Source: Octopus vulgaris (Eukaryota). Taken from it: DNA of 64,000 nucleotides. Location: contig OX597818.1 in NCBI GenBank assembly GCA_951406725.2, positions 24,490,001 through 24,554,000 on the forward strand, given 5' to 3'. This document shows positions 25,652 through 37,127 of the stretch, piece by piece. Each line of letters opens with the position of its first letter. Positions within the stretch are counted from its first letter, which is position 1. Made by a program: the position numbers and the translations under genes. The notes under the pieces are model-generated. The model did no database searches, was not told the origin of the DNA, and was given only the letters and a program-made list of their open reading frames with translations.

Positions 25652-25825
25652 GGCGATCCTTAGGTATAGGTACCGTAAGTGGCTTTGTTTACATTTCTGA
25701 AGATAACAGAAACCCTTTTCTCCCACCCCTAACACAAACCTTAACCACAACCCCTATATATAGAGAAAAAAACCACTTTCTTGAAATGTATCCGGTACTT
25801 TCGGTACCTATACCGAAGTTACGCC
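25652..25825. mobile_element. MITE with GG..CC termini and 8-bp TSD
   Basis: TIR ggcgatccttaggtataggtaccgtaagt / actttcggtacctataccgaagttacgcc, flanked by tatttttt on both sides. Confidence 0.85.
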
Positions 25826-25933
25826 TATTTTTTTTTTTTTTTTTGTTCCCGGGTGAGGATCTTTATATTGACCTTTTCTTTTTCCGTTTTCTCTGAGTGC
25901 TGTTCAAATTAAAATGAAAGTATGTTTCCTTAC

Positions 25934-26100
25934 TTTTCTACAAGTGCTAGCTACTTCCGCGGGTGCTTCTCAAGCTCAAATTAAATTATTTCTATTTTAT
26001 TACAGAAATCTGCAAGTGATCGCGAAGAGAAAGTATTTTTCCGCGAAAAATAAATAAATAAAATGCACGTGCTTCTGGTTTTGGTTCTTGTATTTCGCGT
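25934..26100 (-). promoter_or_regulatory. ZPR1: candidate ZPR1 promoter and non-coding first exon
   Basis: Minus-strand donor AAA|GTAAGG at 25933. ETS CGGAAGT (25953-25959), E2F-like TTTCGCGG (26041-26048) and TTTCGCG (26093-26099), E-box CACGTG (26066-26071), local CpG enrichment. Coding exon 1 appears to need an upstream exon. Confidence 0.55.
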
Positions 26101-26341
26101 AAACTTTATTCAACAATCCATATTTTCTAGAAAATACGCCATGCTTCCCTTCATTCCACGTAATTTCTATTATTCTATTTCGTTTAAAAATTTACTCTAC
26201 TGCCACCAAACAAATACTAATTTTCAGAAGAATTTTCGAATAATCTAAAATTATTTTGTTTAAAACTATTAACTTTCTTAATGCAATAAGCTAAAATGCA
26301 AATGTATTTAAACGAATACAAAATGGTGTAATGAAATAGAC

Positions 26342-27203
26342 ATTTCTGGAAAATTTGAAAAGAAAAAAAAATTACTTTCAAAGGCTAAAAAAAGTCACTT
26401 AAGAAGATATGAAAAATAGACTATTATAAAAGTAAAAATTAGACTATTATAAAAGTTTAAAAACCTTTAAATATTAATAAATGAAAATTTAATTACTTAC
26501 TAGCCACAATCAACAGTATTTTAAAACTGTCGTTAGTATGTCGTAAGCACCGGTGTTTAGTTAGAAATGAAACTGTAGAATTTATTGTCGGTTATCGGCT
26601 TTCGGAGACAAGCCCAGCTACATATTTTTGTTACGCCTCAATATTTCCCCTTTTTATTAGATTCGATGTCTTAATAACCAAGGCACTACTGGAGTTGTAT
26701 TTTAAAGAATTTATGAAAGTTCTGTCTTTTTTGAAAATATTTCTGGAAAATTTGAAAAGAAAAAAAATTACAAAGGTCACTTAAGAAGATATGAAAAACA
26801 GACAATTGTAAAAGTAAAAATTAGACTATTATAAAAGTAAAAAAACTTTAAATGGCGATCCTTCGGTATAGGTAACAGAAACCCTTTCCCCCCCCCCCCC
26901 GGTATATAAAAAAAAAAACACCTTCTTGAAATGTATCCGGTCCTTATACCGAAGTTACGCCCTTTAGATATTAATAAATGAAAATTTCATTACACAATCA
27001 ACAGTAAATACAATCAACGGCAGTTTCAAACTGTTATTAATTTGTCGTAAGCACCGGTGTTTAGTTAGAAACGAAACTGTAGAATTTACATATTTTTGTT
27101 ACGCCTCAATATTTCCTCTTTTCATTAGAGTCAATGTCTTAATAACCAAGGCACTACTGGAGTTATATTTTAAAGAACTTATGAAAGTTCTCTCTTTTTT
27201 GAA
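26342..27203. repeat. tandem duplication of a ~395-bp unit
   Basis: atttctggaaaatttgaaaaga...aaccaaggcactactggagtt...atgaaagttct is present at 26342-26735 and again at 26739-27203. Confidence 0.9.
26854..26961. mobile_element. shorter copy of the 25652 MITE, with 8-bp TSD
   Basis: ggcgatccttcggtata...tataccgaagttacgcc flanked by ctttaaat / ctttagat. The empty site is visible at 26465-26472. Confidence 0.88.
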
Positions 27204-27344
27204 GATAGCGCCAATAAAATCGAACATTTTCGGATAATATAGACCAGTTATCAGCAACATGCGGCCAGTGGGAGTGTCTGAATGGTACGCCCAACAAAAA
27301 AATTACCTTTGCTTTTTTCATAGTGCGGATTGCCTGATGATGAG

Positions 27345-27391
27345 TCATGTCTCGTGCGGCCCGCTTCTCAAAAAAAGTTGCCCGTACCCTG
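27345..27391 (-). mobile_element. hAT-like transposon terminus
   Basis: Reverse complement reads CAGGGTACGGGCAAC...GCGGGCCGC, resembling hAT (Charlie-like) ends. Confidence 0.45.
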
Positions 27392-27584
27392 ATAGACAAT
27401 GCAAATTGGAGAGAGTTTGATCTCAACAACCAAATAGCGCAAGCGATAAACATGTGTCCGTCTTATTCATGCTTAGTGAAAGATATTTCTCTTAAGCAAT
27501 GGAAATACAGATGGATAAATAAATGATATAGTGGTGCTTATATTAACAATATGAGTGAAGGAAATACCTCACGAGAGCATATTA

Positions 27585-27769
27585 CCGTAAATCCTCGAGT
27601 ATAATCCGCATTTTTTCCCCAAAATTTAAAGGTTACAATCACTAGTGCATACTATATATGAGGTTAAAAAGAGAAAATATTTTCTAAGCAATGTCCGAGT
27701 CTCTATTTGCTGTCTGGCAATGTTTATTCAATGTTTAATCCCCTGCGTATTATACTTAAGGATTTACGG
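27585..27769. mobile_element. pogo/Tc1-type MITE
   Basis: TA|CCGTAAATCCTCGAGTATAAT ... ATTATACTTAAGGATTTACGG|TA. Confidence 0.88.
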
Positions 27770-28358
27770 TAAGTATAAATATTGTAGGCTTTTGTATATG
27801 TGGCTATAGCGAGTTAAAACACTGTTCAACAGAGATTATCAAAGCAATTACTTTTTAAAGAGACCCCTCAGGTGTAAGTAACATTCATAAGGAAAAGCAT
27901 GTCCAGGGCTTTCACCAGCTGGCGGCAATGACCATTCCATTCCACATTATCGTGTTCCAAAATAATTTTTATCAACTAGTCATATTGTAGCTATCTCCCT
28001 TCTTATTTCAGACACAATTTTACTGACAAATGCTCTTCCTGTCACCAAACTTTAAATGTTTTTGAAATAAATGATTTCTTTATTCCACAAGTCTTTGAAA
28101 GCAGTCAGCAGCTATGCTGTCAAAAAAGACTGTCAACATAAGCACCACTCTACTCAAGCGGTAACATATGTGGAATTTAAACATTCACACCCACATATGA
28201 TGAGTTTCCTGCCGAGTCCATTCTCCCCAATTCCCTCACCTGGCATTTGTCAACCCAGGTCAATAGTAGAACAAACTTACTTCACTGTGTCATGTGGTAA
28301 AAATTGAAGCTAAAATTACATGGTTGCGAAGCAAACTTCTTAGCTATATAGCCCTGCG

Positions 28359-28400
<42 letters not shown>

Positions 28401-28401
<1 letters not shown>

Positions 28402-28695
28402 TATCTGAAATGTATACTATTATAATATCCATCATAGCTGATCTTACCAATCGGTTTTGCACAAGGAATACAATGGAGTGTTAGGTAAGAACCCAATTAT
28501 ATAACCTTGTGCTCATCAGAGTTAATGATATGGAAGGAAATATGTTCACTATATTCCCTTCTATATTAGCTAACTCTGATGAGTGTAATGTTATATAATT
28601 GGATTGTTACCTAACACGCCATTGTATTCCTTGCACAAAATCGATTGATAAGATCAGCTGTGATGGATATATAATACTATACATTTTGGATAGTA
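28401..28695. repeat. imperfect ~295-bp palindrome; each arm carries a degenerate type I hammerhead motif (Penelope-like terminal repeat)
   Basis: Arms of ~145 bp are reverse complementary with almost no loop. CTGATGA occurs at 28576-28582 (+) and 28519-28513 (-), each followed by stem II, AAAA, a short stem III and TA. Confidence 0.8.
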
Positions 28696-28765
28696 TAGCT
28701 ACTTTATTGACAGTAGTCTTGACTTATGGTCTCTTAGACAACTCGTGTACACACACACATATATG

Positions 28766-30920
28766 ACGGATATGAAGACAGGGAAAGCCTAAGGATATGA
28801 AGACAGGGAAAACCAAGGATATGAAGACAGGGAAAGCCTCTGGCCCATCATGAATCACCACTGAGATGCTTAAAATATCTGGTGGTGTGGATTATAGTCT
28901 AGTCACCCATATTGTAAATCAGAAGTCATACCCAATTCCTGGTGTAGCAGCACCATAGTCAACTTCTACAAAGGTAAAGATGATACCTTAGATAGAAATA
29001 GTTACAGAAGTATCAAATTGCTGGATCAGGTGATCAAAGTTGCGGCGAAGTCATAGCCCAGCTAATTAGAGAGAGAGTTAGTCTAGAGAGATACAGTTTG
29101 GTTTTGTGCCGTGTAGAAGCAACTGCAGGAGAAATACCCAACCAATAATAAGCCTTTGTACTTGGCTTTTTTTGACTTCAAGAAAGCTTTTTACAAAGTC
29201 CCCTGATCCCTTATCTGGTGATCAATGCAGAAACTAGGGATACATGAGAGGTTGGTGAGAGCTGTACCAGCCTTGTACAGGGATGCTACTAGTAAGGTGG
29301 GGGTGGGCAACACATACAGTGAAGAATTCAGGATACAAGTAGGAGTTCACCAAGTATTGGTGCTCAGCCCCCTCTTGTTCATCATAGTCCTCCAGGAAAT
29401 AACAGAAGAATTCAAGACAAGATGCTCCTGTATGCCGATGACCTTGCTCTTATAGCTGAATCACTACCTGAACTAGAGAAGAAGTTCCAGGTATGGAAGC
29501 AAGGTCTAGAATCAAAGGGCCTTAGGGTTAACCTAGCAAAAACCAAAGTCATAACAAGTGGGAAGGCAGACAAATCACAAATCCCTTCAGGTAGATGGCT
29601 CTGTAGAAAAGATGTAGGTACAAACTCTATAAAATCTACCCAGTGAAAGCTTTGGACACATAAAAGGTGTAGCAACATCAGAGGAAGGTTAACAGGAAAA
29701 CTAGCTTTTGTATGTGGAATGTGCACAGATACAATAAACACTGAAAATAGACTTCATCAACTGCCAAGGAGGCAAGCTAGAAGTAGTAAATAGCTTCCAT
29801 TATCTAGGTGACCAAGTTAGTAGTGGAGGTGGATGCTCCAAAAGCATAGCTGTGAGAATAAGATTAGGCTGGGTAAAGTTCAGAGCTCCTACCTCTGATG
29901 GCAACAAAGGGCCTCTCTCTCAGAGTGAAAGGCAGATTGTTTGATGCTTGTGTGCATACAGCTATGCTGTATGGCAGTGAAACATGGGCTATGACAGCTG
30001 AGGACTGTCTAGGCTTGAAAGAAATGAAGCCAGTATGCTTCACTGGATGTGCACTGTCAGTGTGCATGTTCGACAGTGTAAGCATCTTGAGAGAAAAGTT
30101 GGGCATAAGAGGAATCAGATGTGATGTGCAAGAGAGACAACTGCACTGGTATAGTCATGTGATGCATATGGACAAGGACAGCTGTGTAAAGAAGTGTCAA
30201 TCTCTAACTGTGGAAGGAACCTGTGATAGAGGTAGACTGAGGAAGACATGGGACGAGGTGGTGAAGCATGATCTTTGAACTTTGAGCCTCACAGAGGCAA
30301 TGACAGGTGACCAAGACCTTTGGCGATGTGCTGTGCTTGAGAGGACCCTTCAAGCCAAGAGCATCCATGCCGGTGGCACATAAAGGACGTCTTTTGAACA
30401 TTGGGCCTCATGAAGGCAAAGTGACTGAATTCCTTTTAAGCATTGGGCCTCACGGTAGCACAGTGGCTGAGTTCCTTTTGAATGTTGGGCCTTATGGAGG
30501 CAAGGAGGCTGAGTTCCATTTGAGTGTTGAGCCTCATGGAGGCAAAGTAGCTGAGCTCCTTTCAAGTGTTGGGCCTCATGAAGGCTATGACCAAGACCTT
30601 TGGCATTATATCATGCTTGAGAAAAAGACCCGTCAAATTGAGCAAAATCACAGTTGAGGCAGATACTGATGTCACGCAAACTGGCACTTGTGCCAGTGCA
30701 ACGTAAATGCACCCCAGTGTTACACAAATTGTACCCGTGCTGGTGGCATGTAAAAGCACCCATTACACTCTTAGAGTGGTTGGTGTTAGGAAGGGTATCC
30801 AACCATAGAAAACTATGCCAAATCAGACTGGAGTCTGGTGCAGACTTCCTGCATACCAGCTCAGTCAAACGGTCTGACCCATGCCAGCATGGACAATGGA
30901 CGTTAAATGATGGTGATGAT
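28766..30920 (+). mobile_element. RTE-clade LINE, 5'-truncated and decayed
   Basis: RT motifs FDFKKAF, VGVHQ..VLSPLLF, LLYADDL, AMLYGSETW and GRLRKTW; 3' UTR ends ggacgttaaa(tga)n. Confidence 0.93.
30392..30590 (+). repeat. 42-bp minisatellite (about 5 units) inside the RTE 3' region
   Basis: Unit approximately ttttgaacattgggcctcatggaggcaaagtggctgagttcc. It produces the 14-aa periodicity in ORF 30307-30657. Confidence 0.88.
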
Positions 30921-31704
30921 ATATACATTACATGCGTGTTTGTATGTATGTATGACTGTATGTGTCATTATCATAATCATTATATGTGTGTGTTTCATGT
31001 TGGCAAGTATTGAACAAATCATCACAGTTCAAGACATTTCTTACTGGGAGCTGCTGCTGTTATGCATGAGCGAGTGATATTTGGTTAGGTTTCTACAGCT
31101 GGATACCTTTCCTAGGTGATGAGGGAGAGTAAAGTTGAATAAAGGAAACAGATTTGGGAGGGGTGGTAAGAGAGACTAACAAAGTGGACACTGCAAGGGG
31201 AAGAAGCATAGAAGAAATTTAGTTTATTGTTGAGTGGGTGTAGATGTCTTTTGGTATGTTGTTTATGACTACATGTTATCCATATTAAACCATAACAACT
31301 GTTGTTTAAATACATTTTTATTCTTATTGGTGTAATGTACAATATTTATATTTATACAGTAAGTTTTCTAGTAATCAACTGTAGTGTATTGTAGAAAATT
31401 AGAATCAAATTTAGCTGAAATTAAATTAAGAACAGAAAAGATTGGTGTCACTTAGAGGAGAAATAGTGTCCTTTCATCATAATAGTTGCTTATGCTTTGA
31501 AGGGCCATGCTCTGGTTGATCCTGGGCATTCACTTTTATACTACAAAAAGCATGGAAACTTCTAGAAATCCACCAAATGTTTTATGGTATAGCATGATAT
31601 TTCTGCTAGCCAATTGGTTGAAAACCAGTATGTGTCACATGACTTAAGTGTGACCTTATACTGGTGTCATGAGTGGAATTATTATGGTATTTTGTCAATG
31701 TTGC

Positions 31705-31997
31705 AGTTGAGCGAACGGTCTTTGTCCCAGAGATCACAAGATGGGAGAAGTTCGAAACGTGGTCCTTTGGTCCTTTGCTATTCGTAAGACCTGCAGAAGA
31801 GAAAGCAGGTCAACCCCCAACACCAAGAGCATCGACGGATGGATGAATGCGCATCCAGGCTCAGCGGTTGCATAGGAAGTCGGGGACAAGAAACAAGAAG
31901 AAAGAGTGAGAGAAAGTTGGTGCAAAAGAGTACAACAGGGGTCACCACCACCCCCTGCCAGAGCTTCATGGAGCTTTAGGTGTTTTCGCTCAATAAA
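31705..31997 (+). repeat. GC-rich unclassified interspersed element (solo-LTR-like)
   Basis: Sharp GC/CpG-rich island in AT-rich flanks that ends in AATAAA. No coding signal. Confidence 0.4.
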
Positions 31998-32603
31998 TGT
32001 CAATGCTGCTATGTTAGCTGGTTGAGTTAATGGATGAAAATATGTTTCTTGGTTACATGAAGTAACTGAACAACATCCATAAACATTTAACAAGAATTTA
32101 TTGTCACAAATAAATACAAACTGTATTGGCCTTTTACAGTTAACAACAGCAATATTTACAGACTGGGAGAAAAATACAGCTCTGAGATTACAGAGAAACA
32201 TGTGGTTTGCTCAACATATCTGAAATCGCACTTTCTTTGTGCTAATGTAAAACTGAAGCTTTCTTCTATTTTTACACCCACTACTTCAATATTACAATGA
32301 GTCTATGTCATTATAAGGTCAAAACGTATCTGGAGTTGTCACCTGTACTTGCTGAAACAAAATAATACCAGTTAATGGACCTATTATGGTTTTTTTTTTT
32401 TTTCCAGAACTTTTCTCTGGGGGTTTATGAAAGTGAAACTGTTTGGGTTGTCCAAAGTAAGTGTTTTCTTTTCCAGAAAGTGAAAGTATTTTCACAGACA
32501 CTATTAAAGAATGAAAAGTGAAATGCCGCTATGTACTATAAATCATCCTGTATAATGTTCTCAATTATTCAAGTTGAAACCTACAAAATATTTTACGATT
32601 ATA

Positions 32604-32861
32604 CAGTAATACCTCACTTTTTGAGAACCCACTTTACAAGACACTGGGTTTATGAGTTTTGTTTTATAATAAATATAAAAAGGTTGAACAGCCATCTTGT
32701 GTGTGTGGCAACACTGGTTCTGACGCGTCTACACTGTGACGGAGTAAAATGACGGTATAAAGTTTCATTGCTACTATGGGAAATTATTGCTCTACTTCAC
32801 AAGCTTTTGCATTACGAGTGATCTGCAGGAACAAATTAACTCGTCTATCAAGACATTTCTG
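32604..32861. mobile_element. Tigger/pogo-like MITE, degraded
   Basis: TA|CAGTAATACCTCAC ... aattaactcgtctatcaagacatttCTG|TA. Confidence 0.6.
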
Positions 32862-33863
32862 TATTTATCATTAACATGGACAATGTATGGATAACAAGTG
32901 TATCAAATGCTAATAGACTTAGAATGATTAACAGCAAATACATTAGGAAAAATTACTTTTTAGCTTTGACCTGGTTGTGGTGAGGATATGAAGCCCACTG
33001 AAGATGGTGCTTCGTGCAGATGGTGCCTACTTAAATGTACCAAAAGAATTTGTCATAAGAAATTATCATTGCAAATAGACACATTTCCTCAAAGAAAACT
33101 AGGGAGTAGGGAAGAATGAGTAATTTTTGATTTCTCATCATTTTCTTTCTATCTGTTTGAAATTATCACATTGCAAGCATAACATCATCATTTTGCTCTG
33201 TTCCATCATCCTTGTAAGTACAATTGGTCGGCATAGTTATTGTTGAGGGTGAGAGAGTTTGAAACATAGTCAAGTGACAAGTACTTCTTTTTCAAAAAAA
33301 TTTTCCTCAACTTTGATTACTATCAGTAACCACAATTACAATTGGGTCAAATATCTGAACAATTTTTAGTGTTTAACAATCAATATTCTTTTCTCTATTG
33401 GATTCCAGGTAAATTTTTTTCCCCCCAAGACTAATGTCTAATTTGATCATTTTCCATCTTCAGAAAATGATGTCTAAAGCGGGGCACAACGAGTAATGAC
33501 TAATTTCAATAATTTCTTCCCTTTAATTGCAGTGTGTAAATACATCAAGATGTAAGCCACTCCAAATTTGTTTTTTATATGCTCAAGGAGAACAGCAATA
33601 ATTTTCTGAAATAGAGTTCAGCATATGTTATAATACTTTTAATGCATTTAGGGAAGGCCATTTGCTTAGGTGATATAGTTTTTGTAAGGTAGTGAACATT
33701 TGTAAAAAATACATTGTCACAAATTCAAAAATGCAGTAAAAACACTTCATCTCCCCCCCCTCCACACACACACACATACTCAAACAGAACTGAGGTAATT
33801 TCTTAAAATAGTGTTCTGAATATGTTAAAGTGTTTTTTTAAATGCATTTGGAGGTCATTTGCT

Positions 33864-34274
33864 GGATCTTTTTGGTTTGAACGGCAGTTTTTTAAAATAA
33901 TTTCCACGTAACTAAACACTTTTAAACTTCGTATACTGGTAGAATGTGTTAATAAAACATCATTTCTCTTAGCTTTATTGAGAAAATTCTATGATTTGTA
34001 AGATATTTGTTGTTGTTTTTTCTTTAATTTCTGCAATTTCAACCAATCAATGACGTCTATTGAGGTGAAAACATTCTGTGCCGTATGAATATGTCCCTCG
34101 TTTAAGAAACAGATTGGGTTTATTTGCATTTCTGAAGAAAAAAAGATACCTTTCCCCCCACCCCTAACCCTAAAACAGATTGAAATGCAATAGATCGATA
34201 CTAGGGTCATAATTATGGGTGACAATTTCATGACACCGCTAGAAAAAAAACTGCCGTTCAAACCGAAAAGATCC
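33864..34274. mobile_element. MITE with GG..CC termini and a perfect 8-bp TSD
   Basis: TIR ggatctttttggtttgaacggcagtttttt / aaaaaactgccgttcaaaccgaaaagatcc, flanked by catttgct on both sides. Confidence 0.92.
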
Positions 34275-34999
34275 CATTTGCTTAGTTTTTGTAAAGTAGT
34301 GAAGATTTGTAAAAAAAATATTTTTTCTCGGTCAAAAATGCAGTAAATATTACTCATTGTGCCCCATCCCACACCCTATATTTTATGTAAGTCATCGATC
34401 ATGAATGAATTAGTGGGCGTGTAAGATAGCTAGCGTTAAGGTAAGCTGTGGAGTACTGACCAGAAAAAAGCTACTTGCCGTGACATATACGCTCAGCACT
34501 GGAAAGGAAGACAAGCTGTTTTTCTTCATATTTATTTCTAGTTTGCTAATCAAAAAATAATCATACTTTGAAAGAAGCAAACGGGATAAACAAGAAGGGA
34601 ATTTATACGCATCAACCAAATCTCTTAGAAATAGTAGCCAACTTTCCTTAAAAATCACATCATTAATCTTAAAAAAGAAAGACCATGTGGATGTAATTTA
34701 CTCCTAAATACAGATTCTAAAATAGGAAGAATGGTTGATGTTATAACGCTCGTAATCACAGTGCTACCTGGGGATAAACAATAACGAACAACACCCTATA
34801 TATTGTCCTATACGCATTGTACCTGATCAGGATTGCCTGGGTTAAATAACACCTTTTTGTAGAAATACATTTTAAGTGAAGTCTACTCGTTGTTTACAAT
34901 CTGTATGAGCTGGTCACAATCAAATGACTTAGTCGGAAACAATTAGATTAGTTTTATATTAGTGCCCAATACATTTGTCTTCCGTTAAATCAAAGCCGG

Positions 35000-35120
35000 T
35001 TACGCGCAACTGAGTTAGCTCCTACTGATTAATAGGACTTTTCGATATTTGAGCGGAAGTTAATTACTGCGCATGTACGAACACATGGCTTCAATCCTCT
35101 GCTCCACGTGAAGCGGGGCT
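35000..35120 (+). promoter_or_regulatory. TOMM40: TOM40 proximal promoter
   Basis: CpG-rich patch with ETS/GABP CGGAAGT (35054-35060), NRF1-like TGCGCATGT (35068-35076) and E-box CACGTG (35105-35110), about 90-140 bp upstream of the ATG. Confidence 0.65.
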
Positions 35121-35197
35121 GGAGAAGATTTAGGGGCTGTTCTATAATATAACTGTATATAAATTTTAATAGCAGTTTTCAACATATTTAGGACACT

Positions 35198-35390
35198 ATG
35201 GGTAATGTAAATGCAGCATCACAACCTCCATCAGCGGCGGTACCACCGTTATTAACACCACCGCCACCTGCACCACCTAAAGAACCGGCACAAACTTCTG
35301 GGCTTTCTGGAGGTCCCCCATCAGAAATTCCCCCAACAAATTTTCCTGACAATCCTGGAACTTTTGAAGATCTCCATAAAAAATGCAAAG
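35198..35390 (+). CDS. TOMM40: TOM40 coding exon 1 (MGNVNAAS..Pro-rich..NPGTFEDLHKKCK)
   Basis: MGNV.AAS start and NPGTFE.LH.KCK motif; AAG|GTAAAA donor; 193 nt. Confidence 0.97.
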
Positions 35391-37127
35391 GTAAAAGAAT
35401 TGTAAACGAAACCCGTTGATTTTCTTAGGTTTGATTCCTATGACCGTCTCACCTTGGATATGACCCGGTGTAATTCGACCCTGTTCTTATATTAACTTGC
35501 TATTCAATCTCTAAAACATCCTGCAGTTTATCATTTACATTCTGTAAATTGATTAATATTATTGGCTTCGTGTTAAATACTAGAATTATTTTAGTATTAA
35601 CCTTTTGTTTTTCATGCTAACACCTATATAATTACTGTCGTTTATTACTATATGTAAATCTAGTGTTTTGACCTATAAACTTTTTCTGTAAGGTAAAATG
35701 TAAAGGGCTTCCTCAGTTCATTGTAAAAATAGCAACTTTTAGGTTACATGCTCCTTGTTAGCTATCGATAATTTTGTGTTTCAGTCGGTGATATTACCAT
35801 CGTTAATTCAAAGAAATGTATTATTTATGGTATATTACTATTTAGTTGCAATATTCTGTTGTTTCTCTCCCTACTACTCACTTTATTTTCCCGACCTCCT
35901 TCAATGATCCCAAGTTTCGTATTTTTTAGTGCAAGAAGAAAAATCGATATTTTGTTATTTTAGCTTACTTTCTGTTATATAATTAATGCACTAAAATGTG
36001 TAGTCTTTCAAAATACCGAAAGGTTTGGGGGGAGAACAAATGATTTGACATTTAAAAATATTATAGCCTTCCGCATAATGTAATTATCTATCATCTGTTG
36101 CTCTCTTTAACAGCAATTTGTATAGATTAGTCTCAACAAAATATATATTGCCGAAGAATGATTTCTTATGAATTCCAATTTATAAAAATAAAACGTGGGA
36201 TAATTTATTTCTGAACACATTTTATTGTCAAACCGTCGTTTATGGAATAAGTACTTGTATATTAATGCTATGTATGGTGCACATACATTACATGTCTCGG
36301 GATATCTTAAATATAAGTACACTGGGTAAACATTACACTATCTTCCATTCCCAAATATATTAAAGTTTAACACTTTCCGTGTAGTATAGCTGACTTTAGA
36401 ATACATAGTTCATTTGTTCTCTGAGAAACTTTTTTATTTCAAGAATTCCGTCGGTGAATTCGAGCTCGCACATCAAGTTAATGAAATACTCCTTAGTTAT
36501 GCAATATATATGTTCTTACGGAAATGAGATCTGTCTCAACATTTGGGTGGACTGGGTCAATCAAATACTAACCCTAAACGTAGACTTGGTGGTCATTAGA
36601 CTTAGCTGCGATTCGTAGCACCTTATTGATATCGATCAAGATCGTCTTTCGTCTTGTAACAGATTGAGCCCTGATATTCTAGACTACACAGAAAGATACA
36701 GTTTGCTCTTGAACAAGATATGTGTATAAGTTCGCACCAGTTTTTAGTTAAGCTTGAAAGATTGTTTTTAACTAGAATGGAAGTTAATAACTGGTGTTGT
36801 TTGCAATGGGTGTCTAGTTGGCACATTGAAGGTGGAAAATATAGACGGAAGAAAAACCGTTCTGGGTTAAAATCTTTGGACAATGTCTTAATAGTACCCT
36901 AAAACATTCTCAATTAGGAATCATCGTCTATAATAGAATTTTAGAGGTAACGCAAAATAAATAACTCCTTTATTTAGGGCTTACACATAATGTAACTCCC
37001 AGATCCGTTTGTCATAATCCTCATATTTCATTCATTGTAGCATAAATATTGAATATCATTGTGGTTTACTACTATATACTATCTAGCTATTAAAATACTA
37101 GACAGACATAGATAAAATGAAGTTTAT

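Noticed and set aside
30392-30590. Regularly spaced repeats resembling a CRISPR array, also the ~45-bp repeats in RTE tails
   Set aside because: Units are contiguous degenerate tandem copies without unique spacers, inside a eukaryotic LINE, with no cas genes.
34160-34173. CCCTAACCCTAA telomeric hexamers
   Set aside because: Only two units and internal to a MITE; not an interstitial telomere array.
34410-34520. AG|GTAAGC donor at 34441 as an upstream TOM40 exon
   Set aside because: It lies in a SINE-like fragment, and promoter motifs directly upstream of the ATG make an extra exon unnecessary. Not excluded without transcripts.
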